The notes beneath the pieces are model-generated. The model did no database searches, was not told the origin of the DNA, and was given only the letters and a program-made list of their open reading frames with translations. A program made the position numbers and the translations under genes. From positions 2,545,880 through 2,609,879 of the forward strand of contig NC_068996.1 of assembly GCF_001194135.2 (NCBI RefSeq): a stretch of 64,000 nucleotides of DNA, written 5' to 3'. Below are positions 24,880-39,257 of this stretch, piece after piece (position 1 is the stretch's first letter; each line of letters starts with the position of its first letter). Source of the stretch: Octopus bimaculoides (lineage: Eukaryota).

Positions 24880-26400
24880 TTTCTTGAAGCAATTTTTAAA
24901 AAAGAAGTGTAAGACGGTATCTATGTGTCCCTTTGGCTTTGGCAGGTTTTTAATTCCTTGTTATGTGACTCTGCTAATAATATCAATGTAGGTGGGTAGT
25001 CTTCATTTTCTATTAGTATGCTAAAGTTTCCAAGGTATAACTTTTGATATTCCCTACTATTCAGCTTAATAACATTAGCCAACAAAATCTTATCAACAAT
25101 AATAATAGAAATGGGTGGAATGTGTCCATAAACTTTCTCTTTGGTGTTTATGGGAGACGATTTGAGCCCAGGTGAGAAACTTGGTGTACATACCATGAAG
25201 GTGATTTGAAGTTCTTTTTGAAATGAATTGACAGGTAGCTTTCATTCTCATTTCTTATATATTCAGTCTTTTTTGCATTGAGAAACAGACTGGCTTTAGC
25301 TACAATATTCTTAAGGGATCTTAACTCTTGCATATCACAGTTGATGAAATGTAAAGGTAACTGTAAAGAGATAAAAGACATGCTGATGTCTTCACAACTT
25401 TTGCTTGAATGTGTAGCCTTTGTCTTGGATGAGGTTAATTCTTTTACTGAAGATGTATTCCAATAGTATCAAAATTAAAGCAATATTGCTATAAGAGTAA
25501 TTAGAAGGTTTCCCAGAATATCTTACATCCAATTTGATCACCACTACATCATCAACCTAAATCACTTCATGTTGTAGTAAACGGTATAGACTTAGGTAAA
25601 GATGGTATAGTTAGAATGGTTGATCTGTGAGCAGTAGCTCATTGTTCTGCTAATTACATGTGTACCATAGCTCTATTCACTGAGAGCTGACCTGAGACAG
25701 TTTTTAACAAGCATGACACTTGATTAATAGCACCATAGATCTAGGTGTGTGGAAGATGTCACACATAACCAAATCAGTGAACAAAATGGTTTCTGACAAA
25801 AGTAGTTTAACAGGCCAGTGTGCTTGAAAGAAACTTGCTAGAATAAGTCAGTAATTTAAGCACAGTATTCTCCTTCGAAAGAACTAGTTATCAAATATCT
25901 ACAAATAACACATGTCCTCAGTCTACACAAATTGACTTTCACAGCCATTATAAAGAAATGAATTTAGCAACTTCTCTAACTCTAACATTTTCCTTTAGTA
26001 CACAAAGCTGGATGTTAATTACATAAAGCTTGAAGAAACTAAGTTTATATGCCTTTGAATCTCCTCACACCTGTAATTTGGCAAGAAGTCAAAGGTAAAA
26101 TAAACAAATTAATTTACTTCCAACAGTTCAGCGTTTATGGACTTTGCTTCCATGTCTCACTTTGTTTGTAAGTCCATCAGATGAGATCATACTTTTGGCT
26201 GCAGTAGTTTTGATCTACCAGTAGAGATAAAGATTATGGATCCAAATCTTCTGAGATGCTTTCCTTTTTAATCTGTTTTTTAATATGATGCAGAAGAATA
26301 TCTGGCTTATAGCTCTTCTTAATTGCTACAGAACATTAACTGGAATATTTATTTGTACATTACATTGCCTAAGCATGAAAGCTAAGCAAAATATTTAGAG
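24880..26400 (-). mobile_element. Heavily decayed RTE-clade LINE RT region
   Basis: Minus-strand IVAKASLFLNAKKTEY (GLxLNAKKTEY motif) preceded by GYTFKQKL*RH and ILLEYI remnants. Confidence 0.5.
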
Positions 26401-27502
26401 AATTTCTTAACCAACAGGTTAAGTGAGCCTACATGTGGTTCTTTAGTCTGATGATTTGGTGCCTAAATCCCCATCTAATCACATTTTAAAAATCAAGGAC
26501 ATTAATACAGTCTTAGATATATCTAGAAAGAAAAGAAAAAGAAATCATGCCAGTAATGACCGTAACATTTTGGTTATTCATCTGTTGGTTCAGGTCTGGC
26601 CTTGAGTAAAGAACAGAAATTCATTATAACATTGTTGTTACCATAACAAAATAGGTGTAAAAATATAATTGAAACTGTCACAATATCTATGTACAATTTC
26701 CAAATTCTTCTATTTTATCTGAACATTTACACTCCACATGAATTCAGCACAAACCACAGGTCACAATAAACCATAACTTTTCACTAAGGCTTGTGTGTGT
26801 CTGATTATTTTTGTTGTTACAGTCAACACCTCTTTGAAGATTTCTGTTTTTTATTTTGCGTTATTCTGTCGTCACCATAATCATAGTCATCATCATCGTC
26901 ATCATTATTTTACTTTAGGAGGCATCTGTCTGGAGACATCAGGAGATATTCTTACATGATTGAACCATGACAGATATATTTTGGCTAGATTATTTCACCT
27001 TTTGCTGAATTTCTCCTTCTTGTTCTCCTCAGTTAGCATAGTGGTGTGTTTGTATTTAATCATGTCGTATGTAAATCCATTAGGACTCACTTGTATAAAC
27101 ATGTAGTAGTATAGTTTAGTAGTTTAGTTTAAAGTCATGTAACCATGTTTGGAAGTGAAAATAAGATTGTACCAAAATGTCATTACTATGGTGAAAACAA
27201 AATGGAAAATTAAATCAAGATCAAAATTATATGCACTTCCTGCTATTTTTTTTTTTGTCTCTTTTTGTTGTAGATGTATTTACAAGTTAGATTATACATG
27301 GGAATATGAAGAAGAAGGAGTGGTTTTGATGTCTGTTGTTGACATTGTCATTCCATTCCAGGTTCAGCTGTGATCCAGGAATGTTGCAGTTGCACCAGCT
27401 CTCCCCCCACCCCCCACCACTAAGTGGCATAGGTAGCAATGTGCATCGATGACTACATTCTGCATGGTATTCTATCTCTTTTTCTCAAGACAGGGGTGTC
27501 AA

Positions 27503-27720
27503 GGTGTGTGGCCTAGTGGTTAGGGTGTTGTACTCATGATATTAAGATTGATTCCTGGACTGGATGCTATCTTCTGTTCTTGAGCAAAACATTTCATTTT
27601 ATGTTGTGCCATTTCACTCAGCTGTAATTCTGTTTAGCCTGTGACAAACTGGCATTCAGTGGTGGATGTTGTGATCTCAGTCACCTTATCAGTGTGGAAA
27701 CCTGGTAATTGAACCCTAGC
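27503..27720 (+). mobile_element. tRNA-derived SINE family C fragment
   Basis: A-box TGGCCTAGTGGTTAGGG; body TTCTTGAGCAAAACATTTCATT matches the minus copy at 46630-46856. Confidence 0.6.
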
Positions 27721-27844
27721 AGTCAAGACAGTAATGTCCAGCAGTTGATGATGAACATCATGTATAATATGGAGGAGATTTAGCTGTTATTTTCAGTATG
27801 CCTCAATACCTCCTTGTTGATTTGATTCATGTCTGATGTGTTCA

Positions 27845-29500
27845 TATCATCATCATCATCATCGTTTAACATCCGTTTTCCATGCTGGCATGGGTTGGAT
27901 GGTTCGACTGGGGGTGGGGGGTCTGGGAAGCTAGGAGGCTGCACCAGGCTCCAATCTGATCTGGCAGAGTTTCTACAGCTGGATGCCCTTCCTAACGCCA
28001 ACCACTCCAAGAGTGTAGTGGGTGCTTTTTATGTGCCACTGGCACAGGAGCCAGATGGGGCTTGTATCAGCCACGTTCTGGTGGTGCTTTTTACGTGTCA
28101 CTGGCACAGGAAGCCAAACAGGCGGCGCTGGCATCAGCCACAACTACAATTCCATTTGATTGTGGTTTGATTTGATGTTGACGCTGTACTTGTGTTAATA
28201 GGTCTCCTCAAGTATGGCATGTTGCTCTACGATCCAAGGGTACTTGGATGGTTATGCGACTCTAGTGTAGGCTACAGCTGTGAACTCACTTTATTTGCCG
28301 GGTCTTTGCAGTCACAGCATATCTCCAGATGTCTTGGTCTTTCGTCATCGCCTCCGTGAGGCTCAAAGTTCAAAGGTCATGCTTGACCACTTCATCCCAT
28401 GTTTTCCTGGGTCTCCCTCTACCACGGGTCCTTCCATTGTTTGGGAATGGTATTTCTTCACACAGCTCTCCTTATCCATCTGTAGCACGTGACCATACCA
28501 CCACAGACGTCTCTCTTGCATGCCACACCCTATGCTTCTTATGTCCAACATTTCTCTCAGGGCGCTTACACTCTGTCGCGTGTGCACACTGACATTACAC
28601 ATCCAGCAGATCATGCTAGCTTATTTCTTTCAAGCCTACGCATGTCCTCCGCAGTCACGGCCCATGTTTCATTGCTGGAAAGTATAGCAGTCATCCGTAG
28701 GGGTAGAAGCTTTCTGAACTTTGCCCAGGATATTCTTATTCTAGTGGTAACACTCTCTGAGTATCCACCCCCACTACTAACTCGGTCACCTAGGTAATGG
28801 AAGCTATCAACTACTTCTAGTTTCTCCCCCTGAAGTATGATGGAATCTGTTTTCTGAGTATCTGTGGTGTTTATTTCCCCTGTACATCTGCTGCACATGA
28901 AAGCTATCTTCCCAGTTAATCTTTCTTTGATGTCTTTGCACCTCTTATGTGTCCATAGCTTACACTGGGTACATCTTATGTAGTTTCTACCTACACCTTT
29001 TCTACAGATTGAACAGGACCATCTACCTGAGGTGGTGGGTGATGTGTTTACCTTTCTACTTACTAGGACTTTGGTTTTTGCGACATTGTCTCTAAGGCCC
29101 TTTGATTCTAAACCTTGCTTCCACACCCAAAATTTCTTTTCTAGTTCTGGTAGTGATTCTGCTATGAGCGCCAGGTCATCAGCATAGAGGAGCTCCTAGG
29201 GGCAACCTGTCTTGAAATCCTCTGTTATTGCCTGGAGGACTATGATGAATAAGAGTGGGCTGAGGGTTGATCCTTGGTGGACCCCTATTTCTACCGGGAA
29301 TTCTTCACTATACTCATTGCCAACCCTAACCTTACTAACGGCATCTCTCTATAGGGCCTGTAAAGCCCTTATTAACCATTCATCAATCCTAGTTTCTGCA
29401 TCGCCCACCAGATAAGGGATCAGGGGACCCTGTCAAAGGCTTTCTCCAAGTCCACAAAAGCCAAGAATAGGGGTTTATCTTTGTCTAGGTATTTCTCCTG
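27845..29500 (-). mobile_element. 5'-truncated RTE LINE: RT with embedded PHD-like finger, thumb region, 3' UTR and (ATG)n tail
   Basis: ORF 28611-29126: GLRDNVAKTKV, CSIC...CTQC...HKRC...CSRC, FHYLGD; ORF 28363-28614: LWWYGHVLQM; AFVDLEKAFDRVP readable near 29420-29465; (CAT)n at 27845. Confidence 0.9.
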
Positions 29501-30982
29501 TTATATATGATAAAAGTGGTGCATATGTGTTGGAGTCTTGTTTTTTTTTTTTTCCTTCTCGTTGTGTAATGTAATGTGTGACTGGTTTTTTTTTTATGTA
29601 ATGTTTTGCTGTACAAACCTCTTGGCATTGTTCTGACATAAAGTAAGCTCTCGCTTAGCAGATTATGGTGAAGCTGTTCCAGCAGTCACTCTCCTCTATA
29701 TTGAGGACACTGTTATCCATTGTGGGTTTTTTTTTAACGTTTTTTTCTTCTTTTTTCTTACATTGAAGATGATAGGTTTTGATTTGATGGAGATATATTG
29801 AATATTTAGAGCAGATTGAATAACGGGACAAACACACATACATACACACACAAATTTATATATGTGTGTATAAACTTGGAATACTGACAATTTAGATTCA
29901 TTTAATTAAAATTTATTAACGAATACTTTATTTTTATATATTTAGTTCTATAATTTATTACTTCACAGTGAGTCAACAGAAATTTAAACACACACACACA
30001 CACACATTCTCTTTCTTTCTTCCGTACTCTCATTGCACTCTGGTGTGTTTTATCTTTTATTGTGCATTTCAAAATGTGTGTATAAATATGATATATGTAT
30101 GTATTGTTGCACAGTTTATGTATATTTTCAAGAAAAAGGATAAGTCTCCATGGGTTAAGACGTACTCATTATACTACATGAAGGCAATCAACAATGGTGG
30201 TGCATTTAACTGGTGGCCTTTACATGGCATTCTAACACGAAGAAAGCCTATAAAATGCTCCATTTACCTGATGCCTCTCACTTCATATGTTGATGCAAAC
30301 TTTTTCAGCTATAACTAGAAAGTATTGTGTGATTTGAAGAACATTGGACTGTTCTTTATGATAGATCAGGTACCCTCGGCAAGTTGTATTATATGTGTAG
30401 TATTCATGCCTGTTCAGACACACACACACAAATATTCTGTGTAAAACTATATGGGCAGCTGTAAATATATACATATGGGTATATATAGTTATCTTATGTA
30501 TGAATGTGTATGCTTGTGTATGTATATGTATACATGTAGACATGTTTGTATGAATATAGATATGTGTAGTAACAAAACATGAACATCTATGTTTGTTTGA
30601 AAGCCATTGTTCTAAGATACAATAGCTCTCATTGAAATTTGTTCATCAAAAGTCTTTAAATAGAAATCTCCCATCACAATTTTTCTAAAAATCATTTATT
30701 GAATTATGTACCAACTTACTACCAGCTCCACAAGGGAAAAATTTGTAAGATTTTAAAAAATTAATTTTTTAAAACATATGTAGTTTATTTCCAATAGCTA
30801 ATTGTCAAAAAAAGAATGTTCAAAATTTTTAATTACATACTTCAATCAATTACTTAACTATATTCTCCTCCTTCCCTACATCACCGCCACCATCATAACA
30901 ATTCTGTTTGGCTTCCATACTGGCATGGGTTAGATGGGTCTTGTGATTTGTTGCAGTTTGTATGCTCTGGAATCCACCAAAG

Positions 30983-31033
<51 letters not shown>

Positions 31034-31974
31034 AAAAAGAATATAGCCAAATTTGTCTTTGTGTATGACTTACAGTAAGGATTGGATTATTAATGTGTTC
31101 TCTCTAACTATATCAGTTTCTGTTTGAGATGACTGTCCTCCTTGATAGGTAACCTACCAGCAACCACTTCACAGAGTGTACTGAGCACAGTAGAATATGC
31201 TTGATGTTGGTATGTGTCCTTAACATATTGTTCATTAAAAGGTTAGATATGTAGTAAGAAATAATAAACACAGCCAGAGAACCAAATAAATTCTCAGTTG
31301 AAGTATTCATTTCATATATCCACGACCCATTTAGTCAGAAGGAAGGTGCAATGCCCATATTTCTTTATATGTTTTCTGAGATATGTAGAAGGGAGGAAAG
31401 TGGAGATCTGTTCCACATATTCACAACACTGTTACCTCTCCACTTGAGGTACCCAAGGGCCAATTTGGTGGTGTTAAACAAGGTTGCAAGGAAAGACTAG
31501 GATTTGAACTCAGAATGCCAAGAGTTGGAAGAAATCTCACAAAGCATTCTATCTGACTCTCTAGCAATTCAGTCAGTTCATTGATTTTGACCTGTACTTC
31601 TATTATCATCCTTAGAATGATCAAAGGCAAATTTGACCAGAGCAGGATTTGAAATCAGAATGCAAAGAACCAGAATAGCGACCATTTGAGATATTTGTGC
31701 AATATACGAACAACTCTGTGATTTTGTCTCTATTATCAAATAATGAGTGTCCAGTGAGTGGCCAGTTCACAAAACTTGAATTTTTTTCTGACTATTCAAT
31801 TCATTCCAAGTCAGTGGTATATTTATTATGAAACAGTTTTATTCTACAAGAATTTAATAACTCTGTGTGTATATGCATATGTGCATGCACATATGCATGT
31901 GTGTAGTAGTGCAGGTACAATAAGCACTGAAAGCACACAGGATTTAGTTCTCTCTCAAATGCTCAGGAAGCTCT

Positions 31975-32930
31975 CTTGAGGTTGTAGATTGTTTCTATTA
32001 CCTAGGTGACCAAATAAGCAGTGGTGGAGAATGCTCTGAAAGTATTGTTTCAAGAATAAGAATAGGATAGAGGAAGTTCAGAGAGCTATTACCTCTGCTG
32101 GCAACAAAAAGACTCTCTCTCAGAGTGAAGGGTAGATTGTATGATGGTTGTGTATAAATGGCTATACTCCACGGGAGTGAGGCATGGGCTCTGAATGTAG
32201 AAGACATGTGCAGATTGGAGAGAAATGAAGGTAATATGCTCCACTGGATGCGCAACATCAGTGTACATGTAAGACAAGGTGGAAATGTATTGAGAGAAAA
32301 GTTGGACATAAAAGGAATCAAATGCAAGAGAGAAGACTATGTTGGTTTGGAGATGTGATGCATGCGTATGAAGATAGCTGTATAAAAGAAGTGCTGATCA
32401 TAGAAAGTGGGTGGTACCTGTGGAAGAGAGAGACCCAGGAAGATATGGGATGAAGTAGTAAGGATTAATGTCACTCTCCAGTCCTGTCTTCATGACCCTG
32501 TTCATTGTATCATTGCTATCTGGTAGCCCCACCCCCTCTATATACCCAGGTTTTCACTCCTCACTGCATTCTCCTCCCCACTCTACATACACTTCCTTGG
32601 CAATGTCCTACCATTTATATTATTACCTCTGTACCTCAAGTGTATGTCCTGGCACTTGCCACCATATCTCTCCTGTTCTCTCTTGCACTCTTGCTAACTC
32701 CCACTTTCCCTTGACCTTGCCACTGCTTGAACCATGTAACAAGCACTCAGTCCATTCTGCTAGGTGGCTGGCGTTAGGAAGGACATCCAGCTGTAAAAAC
32801 CCTACCAAAACAGTCACAGAAGTCTGGTGCTGGCTCCTGCTTGGTCAACTCCTGTCAAGCTATCCAACACATGCCTGCATGGAAAGCAGACATTAAATGA
32901 TGATGATGATGATGATGATGATGGTGGTGG
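31975..32930 (+). mobile_element. 5'-truncated RTE LINE 3' part
   Basis: FYYLGDQISSGG, KFRELLPLL, ILHGSEAW, RLERNEGNMLHW, then the shared tail and (GAT)n. Confidence 0.8.
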
Positions 32931-33779
32931 TGATGATTCTAACTAGTTTACTGTTTCTTTTCATTAAAAAAATATTTCTTTCCAAACTCTGATTTAAGCG
33001 TAAAATGCTCCCCACCCCCCAAAAATGTTATTTAAAAAGAATTTAATTAAAAAAATTTTGAAACCAATTAGTATTGTAACAATTTGAGTGTTTTTAACCT
33101 ACTTGCTAACTGTTGGGTAGAAAAAAAGATATATCAAGAAAGATTGTCTGTAACAATATTACTCCCTCTTGCCACCAAATTTTGATTTCTTTGTTCCTTT
33201 CACTATTTATTTGCTTCCATTTTTTAATTTATTCTCTCTTAATTTGTTTGAAATATTTTCATAAGAAATGAACTTCTATTAGAGGAGGAAGAGAGTGATC
33301 ATAGCTTGTAATAACTACTTTGTAATTAGATGTGTCTAGTTTGAATAAGGCATCTTCCCCCTTGTTTTCAAAAACTTAAGTATCAGCATCAACTGTAGCA
33401 TTGCTATTTTAACCCATCAGAGATTCTGGTTTTATCCTTCCTTTTTTCCTGCTCAATCTCATATTAGTTCTCATGCAGCTAACTTATGACCTAGGTGTTT
33501 CTGATGTGATTTCTTTGGGATTTTTTTTTTCAGACATGGTGTGTTACATTTTTGAATATGCTTTCTTTTAAAGATGATTGAATACAATTTGTGACAGGTT
33601 TAGTTGCTATTTCTAGTAGATGCAGCTGGTATTAATTTCTATTTTTTTTTCTTTTTTTAATGAAAGTTAACATGCTCTAAACGCTAATGCTTAATATGCA
33701 CGTTTCTCTTCAAATTTGTATTAAAATTAAAGGTTCCATTTATATGGGCAGTATACTCCTGTCAACAAACTTCATACCT

Positions 33780-34150
33780 TCTTTCATCTTTTACTTGTTT
33801 CAGTCTTTGCACTGTGGCCATGCTGGGGCACGACTTTAAAGGGTTTAACCAAGCAAATCAATGCCAGTACTTATTTTTAAGTACTTAATCTGTAGGTCTC
33901 TATTATTGAATTGCTAAGTTCTAAGGGCATAGACAGTCCAACAACAGTTGTCAAGCTGTGAGGATAGGAGACAAAGGCAAATACATGCACACATGTATAT
34001 ACAAACAACAGACTTCTTTCAGTTTCCATGTACCAAATCCACTAAACAAGACTTTGGTGAATCCAGAGCTAAGGTAGAAAACATTTGCTCCTCAAGGTGC
34101 CATGCTGTGGGAGACCACATGGTTGTGAAGTAAACTTCTTAGCCACACAG
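33780..34150 (-). mobile_element. SINE family A, diverged
   Basis: TTTTACTTGTTTCAGTC...CCATGCTGGGGCAC...TCTTTCAGTTTCC...CTTCTTAGCCACACAG is the reverse complement of family A. Confidence 0.8.
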
Positions 34151-34179
34151 TCATGTTTGTGTTATATGTACATAATTAG

Positions 34180-34402
34180 CCCTTTCATTACCAACCAAGC
34201 TGAAACCGCCTCTGGCTCTGTAGTACAAATGTCTTGTTTTTTCAAAAGTTTTGAATTAAAATCTTCCACCAAACTTTAGTCATAATTTATGTTCCTAACA
34301 CTAGCTTAATGATAACTAAGTTATTTTACTAAATTCTTTGTTATATTTAAAGTAATTGAAAGAAACACAGAGCATCTCAACAGAAGTATGATAACAAAAT
34401 GG
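34180..34402. mobile_element. piggyBac-type MITE, second family, degenerate ends
   Basis: TTAG|CCCTTTCATTACC...GATAACAAAATGG|TTAA. Confidence 0.65.
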
Positions 34403-34477
34403 TTAAAAGATTTGGTAAATGACACAGCTAAAGATCAGGGCTTATGTTGAATTTCCAGATTATTTTAAAATTTAGGT

Positions 34478-34787
34478 CAGTGATTCTCAACTGGGGTCCA
34501 TATAAGATTTTGGGGGATTCATGCAACAAAATAGTAAATTGAGGATCCACAATAGGGCTTCTGAAAAAATTTTGCTTTAAATGTATGTATTGGTATGTAT
34601 TACAAGAAACAACAAGGTTTTTTTCTCTGACGTTCAACTGACACAAATTAATGTGCGAGAAATGAATTAGGAATTTTGAAAGAAGCTTCTATGAAATTAG
34701 TTTTAAACATCAAATGGCTGTGGGGGCCCATCAGAATAGAATAGTTATCAAAGGGTTTCATAGGTAAAAAATAGTTGAGAACCCGTG
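34478..34787. mobile_element. hAT (Buster-type) MITE, 310 bp
   Basis: TIR CAGTGATTCTCAACT vs CACGGGTTCTCAACT; identical 8-bp TSD ATTTAGGT (34470-34477, 34788-34795). Confidence 0.92.
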
Positions 34788-36959
34788 ATTTAGGTGTATG
34801 TATTGGTCAGTAAGAATAACAGGTGAGTCCTGGGACTTTGCCCACTGCACTTTCATGTCCTTTTTGCTTTTCAAATGCTTACAGTTACAAAACTTATATG
34901 ATCTGAAACAAAAGAATAAAGTTGTTAGTTTTCTTCAAAATGTTATTCCTGCATTGAAATGTGCTTGGTGTTACCTTTAAAAGATTTGATCTGATGCATG
35001 TTTGCTCAGTACATTGGAAGAACGAAAGGAAAAGTTGGCCTGGTAGGGCTTTGGACTCTTACAAGCACACACATATACATGCATGTATATGTGTGTGTGT
35101 GTGTGTGTAATAATGTTTGTTTCTTCTGTATTGTTATATGTAATTAAACATTAAATGACAAGTCATGCAGTATATTTAAATACAGTATCAAATATACTTT
35201 TATGAGTAAATGATTAATACTGATTTGCAAATTTTACTGGTTGTTAGCATCTTTAAATGCTAAAGCTTTTTCGCTTTTGTTCTGCAGACTTTTTCCATAA
35301 ATTTTGGTTCATCATATGGATGGAGCCTAGTAGTTTTAATGTAGGTGTGGTTTAATAGTGTAGTTTTTCTACTTCTCCCTTTTCTCCATTTTCTATTTCT
35401 TTCTCTCCTTCATCTCCCTACTCTTCTCGACTTCAATGCCTCTTCAGTATCTCCCTTTCCTTTATTTTCTTTTTATTCCATTCTTTCCTTCCAGCTTTTA
35501 AGCCACTGCAAAATCATTGCTCTAATCTAATAAAATAATTATATATATGCCTTGTTTTTGTTCAACCAATAAAAATAATTTGTAGATATTTTTTATGTCA
35601 CAGCAAATGGAAGTGAAGTATACTAATCTGAGTTGAGCACAACTATGCTTATCGACATTAAAAGCTGAAAGGCTTCATTGACAGTGCTATCAGATTTCTT
35701 AGAGAAAAAAAAAAAAGCAGGAGACTACTGTATATTGGGGCATATCACTTAAAAATTGATGATTGACGTATCCACCCATGTTTCAGCAGAAAAATGCTCA
35801 ATATTTGAGAGAAACTTGTATTGTCTTTATCACTTGAGCTAGACTATGTAGCAGTGTTGAGGTTAGATTCTCCTCTGAAGCATCCACAAAGAGGCATTCT
35901 ATTATCCCTTTGAATATATGGTGGGTGGTAGCATGCGTTATTTTAGAGTAAACTGAAATTAAGAAGGCTTGACAGGACATCTGGTTCGTAACTGACTTGG
36001 GAGCCATCATCCAGGTCAAACAATGAAATCTGGGCAAAGTTCTAAATTATATAGCACTCTCAGCCAGGCAAAAGCCAAATACTCAGCTGGGATAAAGAAT
36101 TATTGTTATTATTTCTATCAGTACAGCTGTGGTAGCAGAAGTCATCTAACAGCAAAAGATATATGGACATTTATGTGTCTCAAAATTGAATGTGAGCTAC
36201 TAATTTACTTGTATATTAGGGATGAGAGAAAGTAGCTTGGCACGAAAGAAATTCGTTATATAACCCCAGGCCAATTCTAAACGAGAAACATGGCCCTAGG
36301 CATTGCAGCCATAACCACCCTCTCTTGTTTTTTTTTTGTTTTTTTTGACAAATATTATCTCTGATAAGGAAGTGTAATTTTAGAGAGATTTGATTGCTAT
36401 TTCTAATGTATCAAGTGAACTTGTAGAGACTCCTTTTATAGTTCATAAAACCCTTTTTTCATATCAGTAATTAGACTCAAGCCACCTAAATGAAAGCTAA
36501 GATTCTTAGTAAGGCAAGAAGCACAATCACATCCACGTGGACAGGAATGAGCATGAGAAGGAGCCTGAGTACAGTCATGAGTTGTGAGTGACTTGTTACT
36601 GATGCTAGGTGGTTATGGCAGCATTAATCTCTCCTGCATTCTGACACCTTCTCAAAGCTTCAGCTTAACTGTCTGGTGGAGGTGACTTGCAAGCCATCCA
36701 CTCATGGATGTTGTTTAATCCCAGTTCAACTCTGATTAAGTATACATTTGCTTAAAGGTATTCTAGTTTTGACTATCTCTAGGATTTCATTATCCAGTAT
36801 GGTCTTCCTATTTTAAAAGAATAGAGTTTAATTTCAGATAAACTAGCTATTATTTCTAAGAGATCAAGTGACTTCATAAAGGTCCCTTTATGATTAGTTG
36901 GTTGATATATGCAGGAAAAATAATTGTTATGGTATGAACATTAAGTAGATGAAAAGCAC

Positions 36960-37130
36960 TCATTACACTCTTGAAGTGCTTGGTGCTAGGAAGGACATCC
37001 AGTTACAGAAGCCACGTCAGATCAGACTGGCACTTGTACAGTTCTTACCAGTTGTTGTCAGAGCATTTAACCGATGCCAGCATGAAAAGCAGACACTAAA
37101 ATAATAATGGTGATGATGATGATGATGATA
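36960..37130 (+). mobile_element. Short RTE-type 3' tail fragment
   Basis: GCTAGGAAGGACATCCAG...GCCAGCATGAAAAGCAGACACTAAA followed by (GAT)n. Confidence 0.6.
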
Positions 37131-38083
37131 TTACATATTTATATAAACTGACAATGAAATTATAGAGAACTGGTGGATTTAGATCTTAAAATGTTGAGTC
37201 TCACAGATGAGATGGCAAATAGCAGAAATGCTTTGTATTATACAGCAGATCTGTTTGACTAATACCAGCTTGATAAAACAGAATTAGCAAATGATATAAG
37301 TGAATATGTATAATGGTATTGGTTTGTATGAGTGCCTATATTGAGAGGAGCTGTAGTTTGTTGGTCAGTTTATTTTTATTCTTTGGAGTAAATTTTAATT
37401 TGGCTTTTCAAATATATTTTTCTGAGTATGTTTCGAAAAATATAGGGTAAATTTTGTTCCAGTTCACTGAATGTGTAATCAAAGAAAAATGTTAAATGTT
37501 TGCTGGAATTAAATGTCTCCCCACTCCTAAACTTCCGTCTCTTTATTTTATTTTTCTCTCCATCTCATTTTTTTTCTTCTTTATTTTTCCTTCCTAGTAT
37601 TCAATGCTTAACCATCAAAACAACATTGGCAGATTGCTAAACAGAAAATTCCCTGCATTTAGTTAATAAACAAACAAGTAAACAAATTAATGATTATAAA
37701 AATAAACAAATAAAGAATGTCTTGAAATTTGACAAACACATTTTATTTTTCTTCTTAATAGTAACTATGAGTGTGGTGGGGAGGAAGTTTTATTGAGATT
37801 TCTGAAATGTTTGCTGTTTGCTTATGTAGTCAGAATATGTAACCATTCAAAGAATTAAAAAAAAAAAGAAAGAAAAAAGTAAGGAAAACAGATTACTAAA
37901 GAACATATGTATAAAAAGAAAAAAAAAACTATGTAGAAAATACTTCTGCATTTCATACAGTGGCTATAATGGCAGCTAATAAATACAGAATTTTGAAGAA
38001 ATTTGAACATCTGAATAACTAAGCATCTGGAACACAGACTTTTTAGATGCCTAGTTAGTCACCTCTGTCTTTCTTTCTGTCTA

Positions 38084-38115
<32 letters not shown>

Positions 38116-38432
38116 CCTACCTACCTACCACCACCTTATTCCCAGTTCTCCATTTATTCTGCACCTTATCTCCTCCACTTCCCCTCCAAGCCCCACCCTA
38201 TACATGCCCTGGACAAAATTCAGAACAGCCTGCCATTATTGTATTTCATTCTTAAACAGAAGGTATAGTAAAAAGGAAATTGTTTATACCACTCTTTCTC
38301 TTTACACACACACACACACACATGTACGTATGCGCGCGTGTGTGTGTGTACTTATATATCTGTATCTATTTCACTATGTTCCAATAATATTCAACCCACT
38401 CACTGCCACCACTTTATTCCTTATAAGCACAC

Positions 38433-38507
<75 letters not shown>

Positions 38508-39222
38508 CACACATTCATTTACTCTATCACATGCATATCTTACTCCTGCAGATATTAACGTACACTCGCTTATACATTCTACACATGCACACTAATATTT
38601 ATGAATACCTTTTCATATGCTTGAAAGTAGTGACAAACACACACACACACACACACACACACGTTTTCACATGTATAGTAATATTAAGACATGCTTGCAC
38701 ATAACACACAATTCCACAGACACACATTTTGTTGCGGTCTGTTGCTCTGTGAAACAATTAGACAATCATTCCAGATATAATAGTTTCTGAATTTCTAATA
38801 TGGAATTACCAAACAGATTCTTGACACTTTGCTACAGCTTTACAGTGTCAAAGATGTGGTTACTAATGTCATTTTCCCTCTCTTTTTTTTTTTTTTTATT
38901 ATTTCTGGAGTTCATATTAGCTATTTTTGTCTTGTGCTTATTTTGTTTTTTCCCCCTTTTGATTATCCAAGCTATTTTCAATGTGAAGTCTTGATGCCAA
39001 AGTTAAATTTACTGATATTGATTGAAATAGGATAAAACATGATAAAATAGAATTAAAATAAATAAATAAAAACATTAATATTCATTAACAAAAAGTCTTC
39101 AAATTCTAACGTTTGGAATTTAGATGTATGCTCCTCCACATTGTGTGTGTGTGTGTGTGTGTGTGTGTTTGTCAATGAGTACTATGTATTGTTTCTTTTA
39201 TTTGCATATATATGTGCATATA

Positions 39223-39257
<35 letters not shown>

